Positions 1 through 13,100 of a stretch of DNA of 64,000 nucleotides are shown here, in pieces. Numbering within the stretch: the first letter of the stretch is position 1; each line of letters opens with the position of its first letter. Both the position numbers and the translations under genes were made by a program. The notes beneath the pieces are model-generated. The model had not been told where the DNA came from, ran no database searches, and saw nothing but the letters and a program-made list of their open reading frames with translations. This DNA comes from Hydrurus foetidus. Lineage: Eukaryota. The DNA lies in the NCBI GenBank assembly GCA_900617105.1, contig UYFQ01000685.1:62001-126000 (forward strand). Reading direction: 5' to 3'.

Positions 1-3000
1 TTTTTGCCCGCACTGTTGACTATAGCAACACCGTAGTATCTGCATATTAGGAGATGAAATAGCAGTGTATCGATTTGAAGTGACAATGAGATGAGAGGAG
101 AGGGGAAAAGAAGAGCGTTAAGAGAAGGGAAAGGAAGAGAAGGGAGAGGAAGAGAAGGGAGAGGAAGAGAAGGGAGAGGAAGAGAAGGGAGAGGAAGAGA
201 AGGGAGAGGAAGAGAAGGGAGAGGAAGAGAAAGGAAAAGAAGAGAAGGGAAAGGAGATATTGGGAGAGAGAAGAAGGGGATTCAATGAAATGGGGAGAGG
301 AAGAAGTAAAGAAAACAAGCAAGTAGAGACAAATGAATGTGCAGTGAGACACGGCATGAATGTACGGCATGTCAAACAGATCAGTCAATCAGCCTATCTA
401 ACGCTGTTAATTCGAAGATACTTTAATCATGCTTGGGATAGAGCTTAATATTCCGAAAATCTGTTTGTCTCGATAGATGACAGAAAGCGCTCTTCCACTT
501 AAAACAACGATCTTATCGATTACATACACGCAACTCAACCATAAGTGGCGTCAGCGATCAGCGGCATATCTTACAATATGTATCCCCCCCCCCACCACCA
601 CCACACACACACATTATCACGCATTCACTAATATACACACACACACACATAAACACTAACCTTCCTCCCTGGAACTTGAAGTACGATTTGTGCGACACTT
701 CTTCTTCTCCAAGCTCCTCTTCGTCATCAGCCTGTGTGGGGTAGTGCAGTGTTGAGTGAGGGGTAAGGGGTGTGGTGTGACGTGATGCAGTGTGATGCCA
801 TGCAGTGCAGTGAAATGCAGTGTTGTCTGTGAGGAGCAGTGACGAGTGGGGGGTGAGGTGTGATGCAGTGTAGTGTTGCCTGTGAGACGGTGTGAGAGAT
901 GTGTGTGATGTGGTGTAAGTTCTGCAGAAAAGCAGAGAGTAGGATAGGATAGGATAGGATAGGATGGGACAGAATAGTAAGATGATGTACGTGACAGCGT
1001 ACTTACACCCACCTCTTCAAAAACCGTTTCTTGATGTATGAGGTATTGCCTCTGTACGTCCGGGTTCTTCCCCGTCACAATTAACTTCAAGGTTAGAGGA
1101 GTGTTGTCCGCAGTGGGGACGGGGAGGGAGACCTGAAAAAGAGGAGGAAAGGGGGGGATGCAGGAGTGAATGTTAAAGTGTTCTGAGTAGAGTGAGAATG
1201 ACTGAGAACTTGATCATGGTGATAATACGCAGTCGATGCTATTCATCAGCGGACCCTGGAACTAATTCCATCAGAACATACACAAATACAAGAGATCTGA
1301 CAAATTGTAATTCGTCAGATTACAACTATTTCCATCTTTGTCTCACTTTTCTGCCCGGCCTGGAAAACTCTTCTTCTTGTTGACGCGAAGGATCGGAAGA
1401 TTCCGTAACGTCAACTTCAGCATCCTCTTCTTCACTGTTACCGGTGTTAGCCGTATCTACGGTTACGTCTTTATCTTTATCTTCAATTTTTTCTATTTTT
1501 TCAGGTTCAACTTTTTTCTCTGTCAGATAGGAGTATACTATATTTTGAATGAGTTCTTTATCTTCCTGACTGTCACCTAAATACTCCACTATTCTACGGA
1601 TTTGAGTCAAATCCGTTATAACTTTCCATTCTTTTACGGATTTTACTGGTGGTGTGATTTCTGTGATTGCAGTTGTACTTACACCATTATTGTTTGGTTC
1701 TATATTTGCATCACTTTCTTTCTCGTCTCCTTCTGACTCTTCCTCATCCTCATCCTCATCATCATCATCGTCATCATCTTCTCTTTCTTCTTCATATCTT
1801 TCTAATGCTCTCAATTTTCTGAATGCATCTCTGTCTTTATCTCTGTCTCTGTCTCTATCTCTATTTCCGCTTAGTACGCTTCCTCCCTCCCTGTTACGTA
1901 CGGAGGAAGTTAGTACATACATCATAAGAATTGTACTCATCAGTGATTAATTGCACCTATGTAACAATGTGGATGAACACATCCAGCTTCAAATAACAGT
2001 AACATATGTGATAGTAATGTGTGGCAGACAGTAATACAGTATCTGATATGTTGAGTTACTCAATGGAGAGAATGCTCAATTGATTTCCTATAGTTGCAAC
2101 AGTGAGAAAACACAGAATACAGGATATGGTATGAAGAATGTGACGGCAGAAAAATACAAAATACAATTTCTTGGCCATAGTAACAGAATATTCTAATTCC
2201 GGTTTATCTTTCCTTTTTTGATCATTATACGAAAGTTTTTTTCATAAGCTCACCTTATGAATAAATGCTCACTTGTGGGAAATCTCCAATATTCTGTGTG
2301 GGGAATTAGATGGCAAATACATATAATAGATGTTAGGATTTGAATGATGGCTGTGGACTGTTTTGAGGCAGAATTGTGATTTTAATAGTATCAATACAAT
2401 GTGATGAAATGGGAGATAATGTTACAATGATATGATGTAATGGAACATTATCTGATACAGACTTCTGTGTCGTGATGGAATGTGATATGACACGATGTGT
2501 AGCATGGCAAGACAAACCAATAAAAGCTTCTGTTTCAGCTAAGCATCACAAGTACGAAAGAATCTCAATTCAACTTCAGAAATATAAAAATAAAAATTAC
2601 AAAAAAAATGTACCATGTCATGTGTACAACAAACATGTATGACACATATAATCATTTGTTTGAAGTAAATAAATCGTATCCTGGTATTTGTGAAATGCAT
2701 ATTACATATCATGTAAAAAAATAGAAAATTCATGGACCCCCTACCTCTTCCCACGGAATCTATCCCCAAAGGTCTGCAACTGATGCCCGCTAAAGATATT
2801 GCTCTCTTCGCTACAAGAGATCTTCTTCTTCTGAGTGCGTGTCTTTCTCTGTCCATGCGCGCTTGGAACATTTGTAAGGCGCAGGTCTGGTGCACTATCA
2901 TAGACTAGAGGAGGGGAAGGAGGGAGGGAGGGGAAGGAGGAGGGAGGGAGGGGAAGGAGGAGGGAGGGAGGGATGAAGGGGGGGATGGAGAGGGAGAGGA

Positions 3001-6000
3001 AGGAAGGGAGAAAGGGTGATTGGTGAGGGGGGAGGGTTTATGTTGCGTTGTGTGTCGGTGGTTTAGATAGAGGGTGTATATGTTGATGACGTAAGAGATC
3101 GGTTTATACATAGACTGATAAGCAGGTAGAATAGTCATTAATATTACGTACAGATGTACAGACAAATACAAAATACAAACGATTTAGTTCTGAAAATTAT
3201 AATACACTAGATTGGACAATGACAATAAATCAGCAGCAACTCACCTGTCTTCTTTCTTCGCTTTCGTTCTCCGCCTGTAGCAGTAAATGTTGGCCGTGCT
3301 CGCTCTCCACTAGCGGGAAATACGGCATCCCTATAGGGGGCGGTAGACTGATCTGCAGAAGTGGGTAAAAAAGACTTGAATTAAATTTCTGAGTGAGTAG
3401 TCTTTGGTAAGTGACAACATGACACTGCTAAAATTAACGGATTATCAGTTTCCGGAATAGTTAATGTTGTGAGTCTTTGAATCGTCTGAATTAATTTTAT
3501 CAAAGGAAGAGATGAAAAGTTCTGTGTGGCGTATGCACGTAGTGGTGTGTCACAACAAGAAGTCATGTGTCGTATATGATGTATTGAAGTAGTTGCGTGG
3601 TGTACTGTTTGTCGGAGAGTTTTGGATATTTAGTGGGGCATATAAGAGAAGATTAGATGGCGAATAAGACATTTAGATAATTCTAATGGTGTCAGTGTTG
3701 ACGTAAGTTCGATAGGCTATCATGCGATGATGACACGTGGCAAAAACAATGAAGGCTTGAGTAAGAAAAGTCATTCAGACAACAAAACAATAAATCCTAT
3801 TACAAAGAGAGCAGAAAAGAAAGGCTAATATAACTGACGTAGGTAAAATAATATAAACGTAAAAAAACAACAACAGCGAAAACATGAACATCAACAGGCA
3901 AGAGTGAAACAGAACAGTAAATGTAAAAATGACTGTGTTGGAATGACTAATGTAAATGCACCAACCTCGCCATGTATACTGAATCTCACAGAAGTGCCCA
4001 CTTTATCCGGATAAAAGAAATCAGCGGTGGGCGGCTTACACAAGGCAATATGCGCTTCATGTTCCGTTCTGCACTGACCGACAACTAGAGGAGAACAAAC
4101 GTCTAATTCACTCTGTCTGCAATACGCACATTTCTCTTCTGTACTGTCACGTACGTACAGCCCTTGGGACTCATCGACTTTTTGGTCCAAAGCCCGATTG
4201 ACCAATTCTTCTTCTTGCTCCCTGTCACGAAAGCTGTACAGTGCGTGTTTGTGTACGTATGATTGTGAGGGTAAGATGTGAGAGTGTGAGTGTTTGATTG
4301 TCAGAGTATAAGATCGTGAGAGTGATGTCATAGGAGTGATGTTGGTAGTGGTAGTGATAATGACATCTTTGAATGGAGATGATGGATGATGAGGAGGGAC
4401 AGTATGGATCTCACTGTTCTGTGTGGGGTGATGTGCGGGGAGATTTCTTATTCAGGTGTGTGGGTGTGAGATATTGTCTGTGTGTGTGTGTGTAAGTGTG
4501 TTGTCCGTCTATCCGTCCCCACCTTTCGATGTCCTTAAGAAGACACCCATGGCCCGCTCTCGCCTCCCGTACGGCCAATCTGTCCGTACATACCGTACAG
4601 TGCCACTCGGTGCTCGGTACTGCTGTCATACCTAGACACCTGAGTACGTGCGTACGTGGATATTCAATGATAAAGTGTTGAGGTTTTTTGTGTTGGGATG
4701 GTTTGTTGATATGTCGATGTGGGGACATGGGTTGGAGGCTTGTCAATATGTACGTACAGTATGTATCGATATCGGAGGAGGGGTGAGGGAGGAAGAGAGG
4801 AGAGGGGATTGAAAAGAGGGGTAGTGGGGAAGAGAAGGGAAAGGGGTACAGAGGATAGGATAGAAAGAAGAGGGGTAGTGGGGAGGAGAAGGGGAAGGGG
4901 TACAGAGGATAGGATAGAAAGAAGAAGAGGGGTAGTGGGGAAGAGAAAGGGAAGGGGTGCGGAGGATAGGAAGGAAAGTAGTAGTAGAAGAAGAGGGGTA
5001 GTGGGCAAAAGAAGAGGAGGGGATAAGAGAGAAAGGAAGGGAGAAGAGTAAGGAGATAGGAATGAAAGTGAGGGTTGAGCACCTCATGTGTGCTTCCGCG
5101 TTGCAGCCGTCACACAGAATAACTTCATCTCCCTCTTCGCAGTCCTCCTCGTACGTGCTGGCCATGCACACTGTACGTGCGAGTAATTGGTGATAAATGT
5201 TGGTGACTCGTGTCAGGTAGACAGGGGAGGGGGATGACCATTGTGTGATCTCACAGTGAAGAGTGAATGGCGCAGAAAATGCAACTTTCGCAATATCTAA
5301 TCAATTTATGGTCCCAACATTTCGACATCATGAAACACGTAATGCGCAGGAGAAAAGCGATGAAATGCAAAGGATAGGATAAGGCAAGACAAGGCAGGGC
5401 AAAGTGACACACAGGACAAGATAAGTCACATTATACAATACACAGCATACAAAATAGAGCAAGGTAACGCACATCAAGCACGATTACATAAATCAAATAT
5501 AATCAGATAGAATAAAAGTCACACAAGGCAAAACAAGACAAGACAAGGAAAGACAAGCTGATGTAAGACAAGACAAACAAGACAAAGAAAAATAAATTAC
5601 CTGTGCATCTGCCTTCAGTAACCCTTCCTTGCAGGTCCGCATCTCCGTCATCCTCTATACCGTCTAGCAGGAACCGGCATAGCGTCATTCCGTCTTCCCC
5701 CGCTATTTCCTTCACCACCTAGAATGTGTTACAATAATTATTATCTTTATCTGTGTTTTTTCTAATCGATTTTATTTATCGTCTGTATGATGCTTTTGTT
5801 ATGTGATGTATGTGGCTGCTTTGTGTTGAAGACTCAACCAGCACATCATTGCATTTTATTGCACTGCATTTTAATAAGCTACATTATGCTTCAGAAAATC
5901 ACGCAACATTACAGTATATCGCACAACACTGCATTTCATTCATTATCTGTCATGGACACGGAGTGAAGAATCTGAAATTCAGACTGAAAACTTTTGGGTA

Positions 6001-7157
6001 TAGTTGAAATCACCATTTAGTGTCCAAATCGGATTCGTTTACATTCTAGGACTTTCTATTCTGCTCCGGTAATACACAACATTTAATAGTACAACGCAAC
6101 ACAACACAACATAGTACACAATACTTTCACCTTCATAAAATCAGCTTCACGGAAAGAGCTCCTGGCTGATATGGTCCACAATTTCTGACAGTCAGAGTTT
6201 ATCTAACGGTTAAAAGAAAGAAAGGTGTAAGTAAGTCTTTCGATGATGAGTTGTGAAATTCTAGATAGAGTGTTGCTCTGTGATGTGTCTTTATTACTAT
6301 GTGAAAAAGTTACGTTCTTTTTCTTTTTCGTTACTACTCTTTTTGACATTATTTCTGTTTCTGGTGGAGTTTGTATTGTGCTTTTATCGTGCTTCCATTG
6401 TGGTTATATTGTTGGGCCTGTAATCAGTGACCTTACTAACAATGTTATGTCATGTCATGTCATGTCATATTATTTTTTGTTTTGCTACGTTATGTTTTGT
6501 GTTGTTGTTGTTGTATCGTTGTTGTTGTTGCTGTCATTGATGTGTCGTTGTAGTTTCTGTTGTTCTTATCGATGACTATGTAACAGCTCTCCTTGTCGTC
6601 TTTGTTAGTGTTGTTATTGTGCGATCTTGACAATATGCGCACAAGCCTCTAGAAGAACGACTTTCTTTTTTCAATGCTATCTAATACAACGTCATTTTCC
6701 ACTACTCTATTCTATTCCATTCCATTCCATTCTATTCTATTTCATTCTATTCTATTCTATTCCATTTCGATTTCCTCACTTCCCTCTTACTCAGTTCAGT
6801 TCAGTTCAGTTCAGTTCAGTTTAATAAAACCTGATGCTACTTTACTCTCTTCTCTTCTAGCACAATACAACACAACAATATTCGATAAAGCACACAGCAT
6901 AAACCTACCAAACCCACTCGAAATTTTACAAATTAGGGTTGATATTGAAAATATTAGCGGAATATTTGATGTTGGGATTGGTTTCATTCTTTGCTAACTA
7001 CCTTCAGGAACAGTTCTGAGGCAGCTTGCGAACACTTCAACACTTCGCACAGTCCAGCCAGCACCACCATACGGTCTTGGAAAGTCCAAGGAACAGAACA
7101 CGATCCTAAAGGGGAATACATGTGAGTAAAGAAAGAAAGAAAGAAAGAAAGAAAGAA

Positions 7158-7197
<40 letters not shown>

Positions 7198-10100
7198 AAT
7201 TAAGAAAGAAAGAGAGTAAGAAGGAAATGAAAGAAGAAAGAAGGAACGAATGAGAAAAGGTGCCGGATTCTTGTAGCACAGGAATGGAGCGAATGAAGAA
7301 GACAGCTAGATAAAAGTGTGGAATGGAAAGAACAAGGAATAAAGAAGGAAAGAAAGAAAGAGAAAAAGAAAGAGAGAAAGAAGGAAAGAAAGAAGGAAAG
7401 AAAGAAGGAGAGAAAGAAAGAGAAAAAGAAAGAGAGAAAGAAGGAGAGAACGAAGGAAAGAAAGAAGGAAAGAAAGAAGGAGAGAACGAAGGAAAGAAAG
7501 AAGGAAAGAAAGAAAGAAAGAAAGAGAAAAAGAAAGAGAGAAGGAAGGAAGGAGAGAGAGAAGGAAGGAAGGAGAGAAAGAAGGAGAGAAAGATCTGCGA
7601 CTCCGTCTCATCAGTACACGATTGACAAATGAATATAACAGGACACAGAAAATTCCATCATCTTCCCACCGTTGCACGAAAAAAAATAATTCATACCTGG
7701 TGGAATCTCGTGTGTGTTCGATCCAGGATCTACCAATGGAATCATGCATGACTTCTGGCACGTACTGAGTACGTACAGTGCGTCCAGTAATCGTCTCGAA
7801 CTGAAACTGCTCTCTGAATACACCTCCGCCTAAAACAATAAATAGAAAAATTAGTAGATAAATAAGTAGATAAATAAATGTGAGGAATTCCGAGTAAGGT
7901 TCTGCTTCAAAAGTAGCAAAGTTTTGAAGTAGAAAATTTCACACAAGATGCGGCTGCCAGTAGATTTGATCTCCGTGAAATATGTGCTGCATAGGATGCA
8001 TCATTGTGCGGAGGTGATGTGTGTGTCTAATGGAGGTTCTGTTGCATCGTGATGGCGTCAAAATGTTACATTATCCCTAAAAACGACACCACACTACACT
8101 ACACAACACAACATCGCACTACACTACACTATACTACACCACACTATATTATAGTGCACTACACTACACTACATTACACTACACTGCACTACACTACACT
8201 ACACTACATCACACTATATTACAGTGCACTACACTACACTACACTACACTACACTACACTACACTACACTAATGCATAACATAATAGTGAAGTCATCAGA
8301 ACGTTATGAATACGAGTGCAAAAACTTGGTTCTAGAGTCCTTGATTGTGCATAAGTGGATGTACGTACGTATAATAATTAGGAATCGTGAACGTCATAAC
8401 ATAGATCAAATCGAATCAATCAATCAGTGCGCACGCACATACGAAAGCGCTTGTGATGTGTAAGCTGTCTATACTGGCAGTTTACATGAACACGCAAACA
8501 CGTGCACGTAAGCACACACACACATACTTCTCAGACACGCATACATGTACGTATCACAAGCACGTACATGCATATCCTTCTTATGCACACACATGTACTG
8601 CATGAACGTGTCCCCCATGTAGATGTACACGTACCTGCGAGCTGTGTGTGGGGTGCATCAGCCAGGGAGCAGAAGCAGAACAGCCCCACTCGTTCAAACA
8701 GTATGGAGACAGAGAGGGAGAGAAAGAGGGAGAGAAAGAGGGAGAAAAGGAGGTAGTGCTGTTGGAAAGGAAGAAATGTCGTTTATAAGTCACTGTCTGT
8801 TGAATAATGTTGTTGGTAATGAGGTGCTGGTAGCGATATGTTTCGATCAGATGCTATTGAGGGATGTTGATAGATGTTGTTGCTTTGAAGGTGTTGTCGC
8901 TTGTAAAATACTGTGTACTATTTATTCCGTAACATAGCTCTCCCAGATTGACGCTTTTATCGGGCTAAATAATATGGAATTAAACTATCCGGTATAATTA
9001 TGCAGTGAGTCATTTTTTTGTCATAACAGTGACGCAATATACAGTATGTTCCAAGATAACGTTGGCCTCAGATATTCCTATGGCATAAGGGTGATTCTAT
9101 ACGAGCACAAATTTGACGATTTTGGTGACGTCAGCAGAGAAATTATTCTGAATTCTAATGAACTCAGTGGGGCAAAAAACAATCCGTAGGTACGTGTGGA
9201 ATTCAGACCAATATCTCAGCTGAATTCACCTCCGTATAGAATAACCCTAAAGTAAGTCATCTGTGATGTATTAAAATGGTGGATAACAGATTAAGAGGTG
9301 CGTACGTACGTGTGAGTGTAGGCGCTGGTATCTTCTTGCAAGCAGAAAGGACAGAACCACTCGTCATGGGACTGGAGTTCGAGCTGGTCTTTGCCGGGCA
9401 AGATTATGAAGGGCAAAATGTCTGCATAATCCCCTTTACTTCCACCTACACTTCCACTCACAGCTGTACTTCCACTTGCAGTTATACTAGTACTAGATGG
9501 CATGGAAGAAGAAGAGGAGGAGGAGTGGGTGTTTGCCATCTCGAACAGAGCATCTAAGTGGAACGATCCACAGCACCGACCGCACCGTATAGTTTGTTGG
9601 GGATGGTCGAATGCCCGACCCGTTAACAGACAGTGGTGGTCATTAAGACGTGAAAGATCGGATGAGGAGGAGGAGAGAGAGGAGGAGGAGGGGGGGAGGG
9701 TTGATGGACCGATGTCGGCATTTTCATTTTCATTTTTCTCCTCAATTTTCATCTTTATTTTCTCGTCTAAAAAATCTTCGGAAGTGTTATTTTGCTTTGC
9801 ATCTAAATGACTGAAAATCCATCTAATTTATTGAATAAAGGAAAGATATTAGATGTAAGACCAGACAATTTGAATCAATAACAGTCCTTACAGGATAGAT
9901 GTGTGTGCTATGTGTGTGTCATCAAGACAGATCAAGGCTTCTAAAATATTTATGATATTGTGCCGGTCAAAACTAAACGGGAGAATTAATTTTGCGGGGA
10001 GGTTTTTTCGTGTTTTTGACAGAGGTCAAAATAACTGTTACTTTGATTCTGCGGTCATAAACACGAATATGCGGCGAAATAAATTTTTGCAGCACCGTTT

Positions 10101-13100
10101 AGTTTTGACCGGCACAATATGATTTGTTTTTGTGCTGGACATGGATTGCCACACAGCAACAAATACAGACCCTAGGACACTTCTAGATTTGAATAACATT
10201 ATCTCTAAAAATTTGAAGAAATGAGAGAGTGGTTGCCTTTTTGGCTGTGTGGTGTGCAGTTACGATCCAGCATCACGGTAAATCATTGAAAAAACACCAG
10301 TATTGAAGTGCATGGTGCAGGTGTAGGAGAAACACCGCATAGTTTTTTTCGTAAGCATATTTCTATCAATGATCAGCCACTGCAAAACAAAGTGTTTTGA
10401 AGAAACAATGATTCTTGAAATAAACAACATATTAACAGATTCGGAATTAATGTTGTGTATACTGATTTAATTATCTATACGGCTTAGCACTTCTTGAGAA
10501 GCAAAATGACAGATTGAAACATAATAATGTAAATCAATAAGCTGCTTCGCTGATAATTGTACGTGCAGTGTAAAATATGTTATTGACTGACCTGTGGGAA
10601 TGGCGCCATAAAGCCTGTGAAAAAAATACGAAAAAGAAAAAGAAACAAAGCTTTAGTAAAAGAAGGAAGAAAAAAAGTCGCAGAAAGGAAATAAAGGAGT
10701 AAAATAATTATGAAAAATATGATAGTTACAATAAATTAAGTAATAATCAAAGAATAAATAAACAGAGGGGGACACTTAGTGATACAAAGGTGTTGAGAGA
10801 GAGGTCATGTTAACAACACAACAAAATGTGAAAATAGCAAATGTGGAAGAAAAAACCTTCCTGTAAATTAAATGGTGTGCTAAATAATTGACAAAAAATA
10901 GATAAATAGATAGATGGATAAATAGATAAATGTGGTACAGTACAAGAGATAGGATAAAAATCAAATAGATTAAGATAATCACCTGGTAAATCTTCTGTGC
11001 CTGTGCATGTACAGCTGTTATCTCTGTATTGTACGCAAAACAATTCAAAACCACTTGACGCATATCCGTATAAAAAGACTGCGCCACGCACGTACTGTCA
11101 CTACCATAAGACTGACGCACTAAATTAGCAGTCACATTAGAGATCATCATAGGCCTCTTCACACTAGCGTAATAATCAGGAAACATGACACTGTCTATCT
11201 CCCAGAAAAAATGCTTTGCTTGACTGAGGTTACCGATCTTAACGAGCACTTTGCAGCACCGTTGATATATCTCAGAATAGGCGGGATCGGATGATGCGAG
11301 AACGAGGGCAGAGACCACTTCTGACTCAGAACTGTACACACCTACATCCTCCATGTTACTCGCACTGCTTTCTTCTACACCTTTTTCTACTCCTTTTTTA
11401 GCACCTCTTTCTACATCTCCTTCATTATCTCCTTCTTCATCTATCTTAATTTTCACATTTGCTCTACCGTTCACATCATCATTATCACTGACATTTATAT
11501 TGACATTGATGTGCTTAGATAGAGCTGATTGAGATAACTCAGTTGATGTGTACGTGCCGTACAGCATGCACAACAAATCATCCGATTCACCACTCCCACT
11601 ACCTCTTACACTACCTCCCTCAGCACTCCTCCTATACTGACCTCCATACCCACTAGGAGCCTTCATTCTACTTGCAAGTCTGTACCGAATACACCTAATC
11701 ACATTCTTGGCTATTCTGAAATTAGGCTGTCTACTTCCTCGTAGGGCTTGTTGGACATCTTCTCTTCCTTTTCCTTGGTCTGCTAATATCTGTGATAGGA
11801 TAATCATACGGGCAACCTCCGGCCAAGTTAGTTGATTTAGCGGGAATTTTGCGGCTGAAATTCTTTTGTCCTTACGGCCACCTTCGGCTTCCTTTTCGTC
11901 TGCGGAAATCGAATTAATCCAATGCACGCATTAGAATTAAAGAACGATAAGAATGTTGTCAATCTAGTGCAACACTTTACTGAAAAATGAACATCATGTA
12001 CATTCAGATATATAAATAAAAAAACATTTTTTTTGATAGTGTTGAGTAATCCGCTATATAATGTAATGTGAAAAATAAAAAATTACGTAATGACATAAGA
12101 AATCGCGTACGTACGTACCGAGGTCCATGATAGAGTGAAGGTCTGCCATGACAGAGTTCACGAGACACAGATGAATCCTGTCAGTCGCGGAGAGGGCCTC
12201 TAGTAATCCGGGTAAATCATACTGCTGCAAAACAAGAAATAGAAAACGGAAAATATATTGATCGTGTACATTAGTGATTGTTGTGCGTTGCACTGCAGAA
12301 ATGGTGGTAGATATTAGATATTGTTGTAGTATACATGTATTAGATGATCAATTAAGATAAAGGATTGAAATGGAGAGAATGCGCAAGAGTTAAATACGCA
12401 ATTTCATGCAGATTTGCCAAATTTACTGCTGTCTCATACTTTTTGCTGTCCGATAATTACTGTGCAGTACGTATGATGAGAGTAGAAGAGAAATCATAGA
12501 TAGATGAGACATTATAGACAGTTCTTGGATCTAAAATTCCAGAACAACCAAGTAGTGACGTACTGGTGTAAATCAATTTCAAAGTGTGTACGTACTTTCG
12601 GTGCGTCAGCAGATTGTTCTCCTTGCTTCTCCTCAACTTCAACTTCAACTTCAACATCCATATATTCTAATTCCTCCTTTTTCACAGCATGTTCTTCTTT
12701 TTCTTCCAATTTAATTGCACTTTCAATTCCATTTTCATTTTCATTTTCGTTATTATTTACATGCTCCTGAGTGACCACATTGGCTATTACCGACACATTT
12801 GATTTACATTCTCCTTCACCGTTTATTTCCGTTTTAATGTCGTGTTCATGTTGATTACCGTGAGATAGATAATCTGCATTATTCTGTCTAATGGAGGATC
12901 CATTGCCAGTTATTTCGACACTGCACGTGTTCGTCTCTACCTCTTTCTCTACCTTATTCTCCTCTATTTCTGTTGAGTGCATAGGTGTCACTTCGTCTGC
13001 GACAATGTCCATAGCGTCCGAACTATTCTGTACTGCAGAATCAGAGTGACGTACTTCACTCATGACACACACTCCATTACCATCACCGACACCGACACCG

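Noticed and set aside
4805..5010. Regularly spaced repeats resembling a CRISPR array
   Set aside because: The intervening sequences are themselves repeated, the context is a eukaryotic intron, and there are no cas genes.
47..8279. Many low-complexity ORFs (REGRG, KKER, HYTTL, SLLFL, YSILF repeats); similar ones at 37529-38044, 53613-54072, 54995-55429 and 58407-58797
   Set aside because: They are translations of intronic microsatellites lying between recognisable exons, not proteins.
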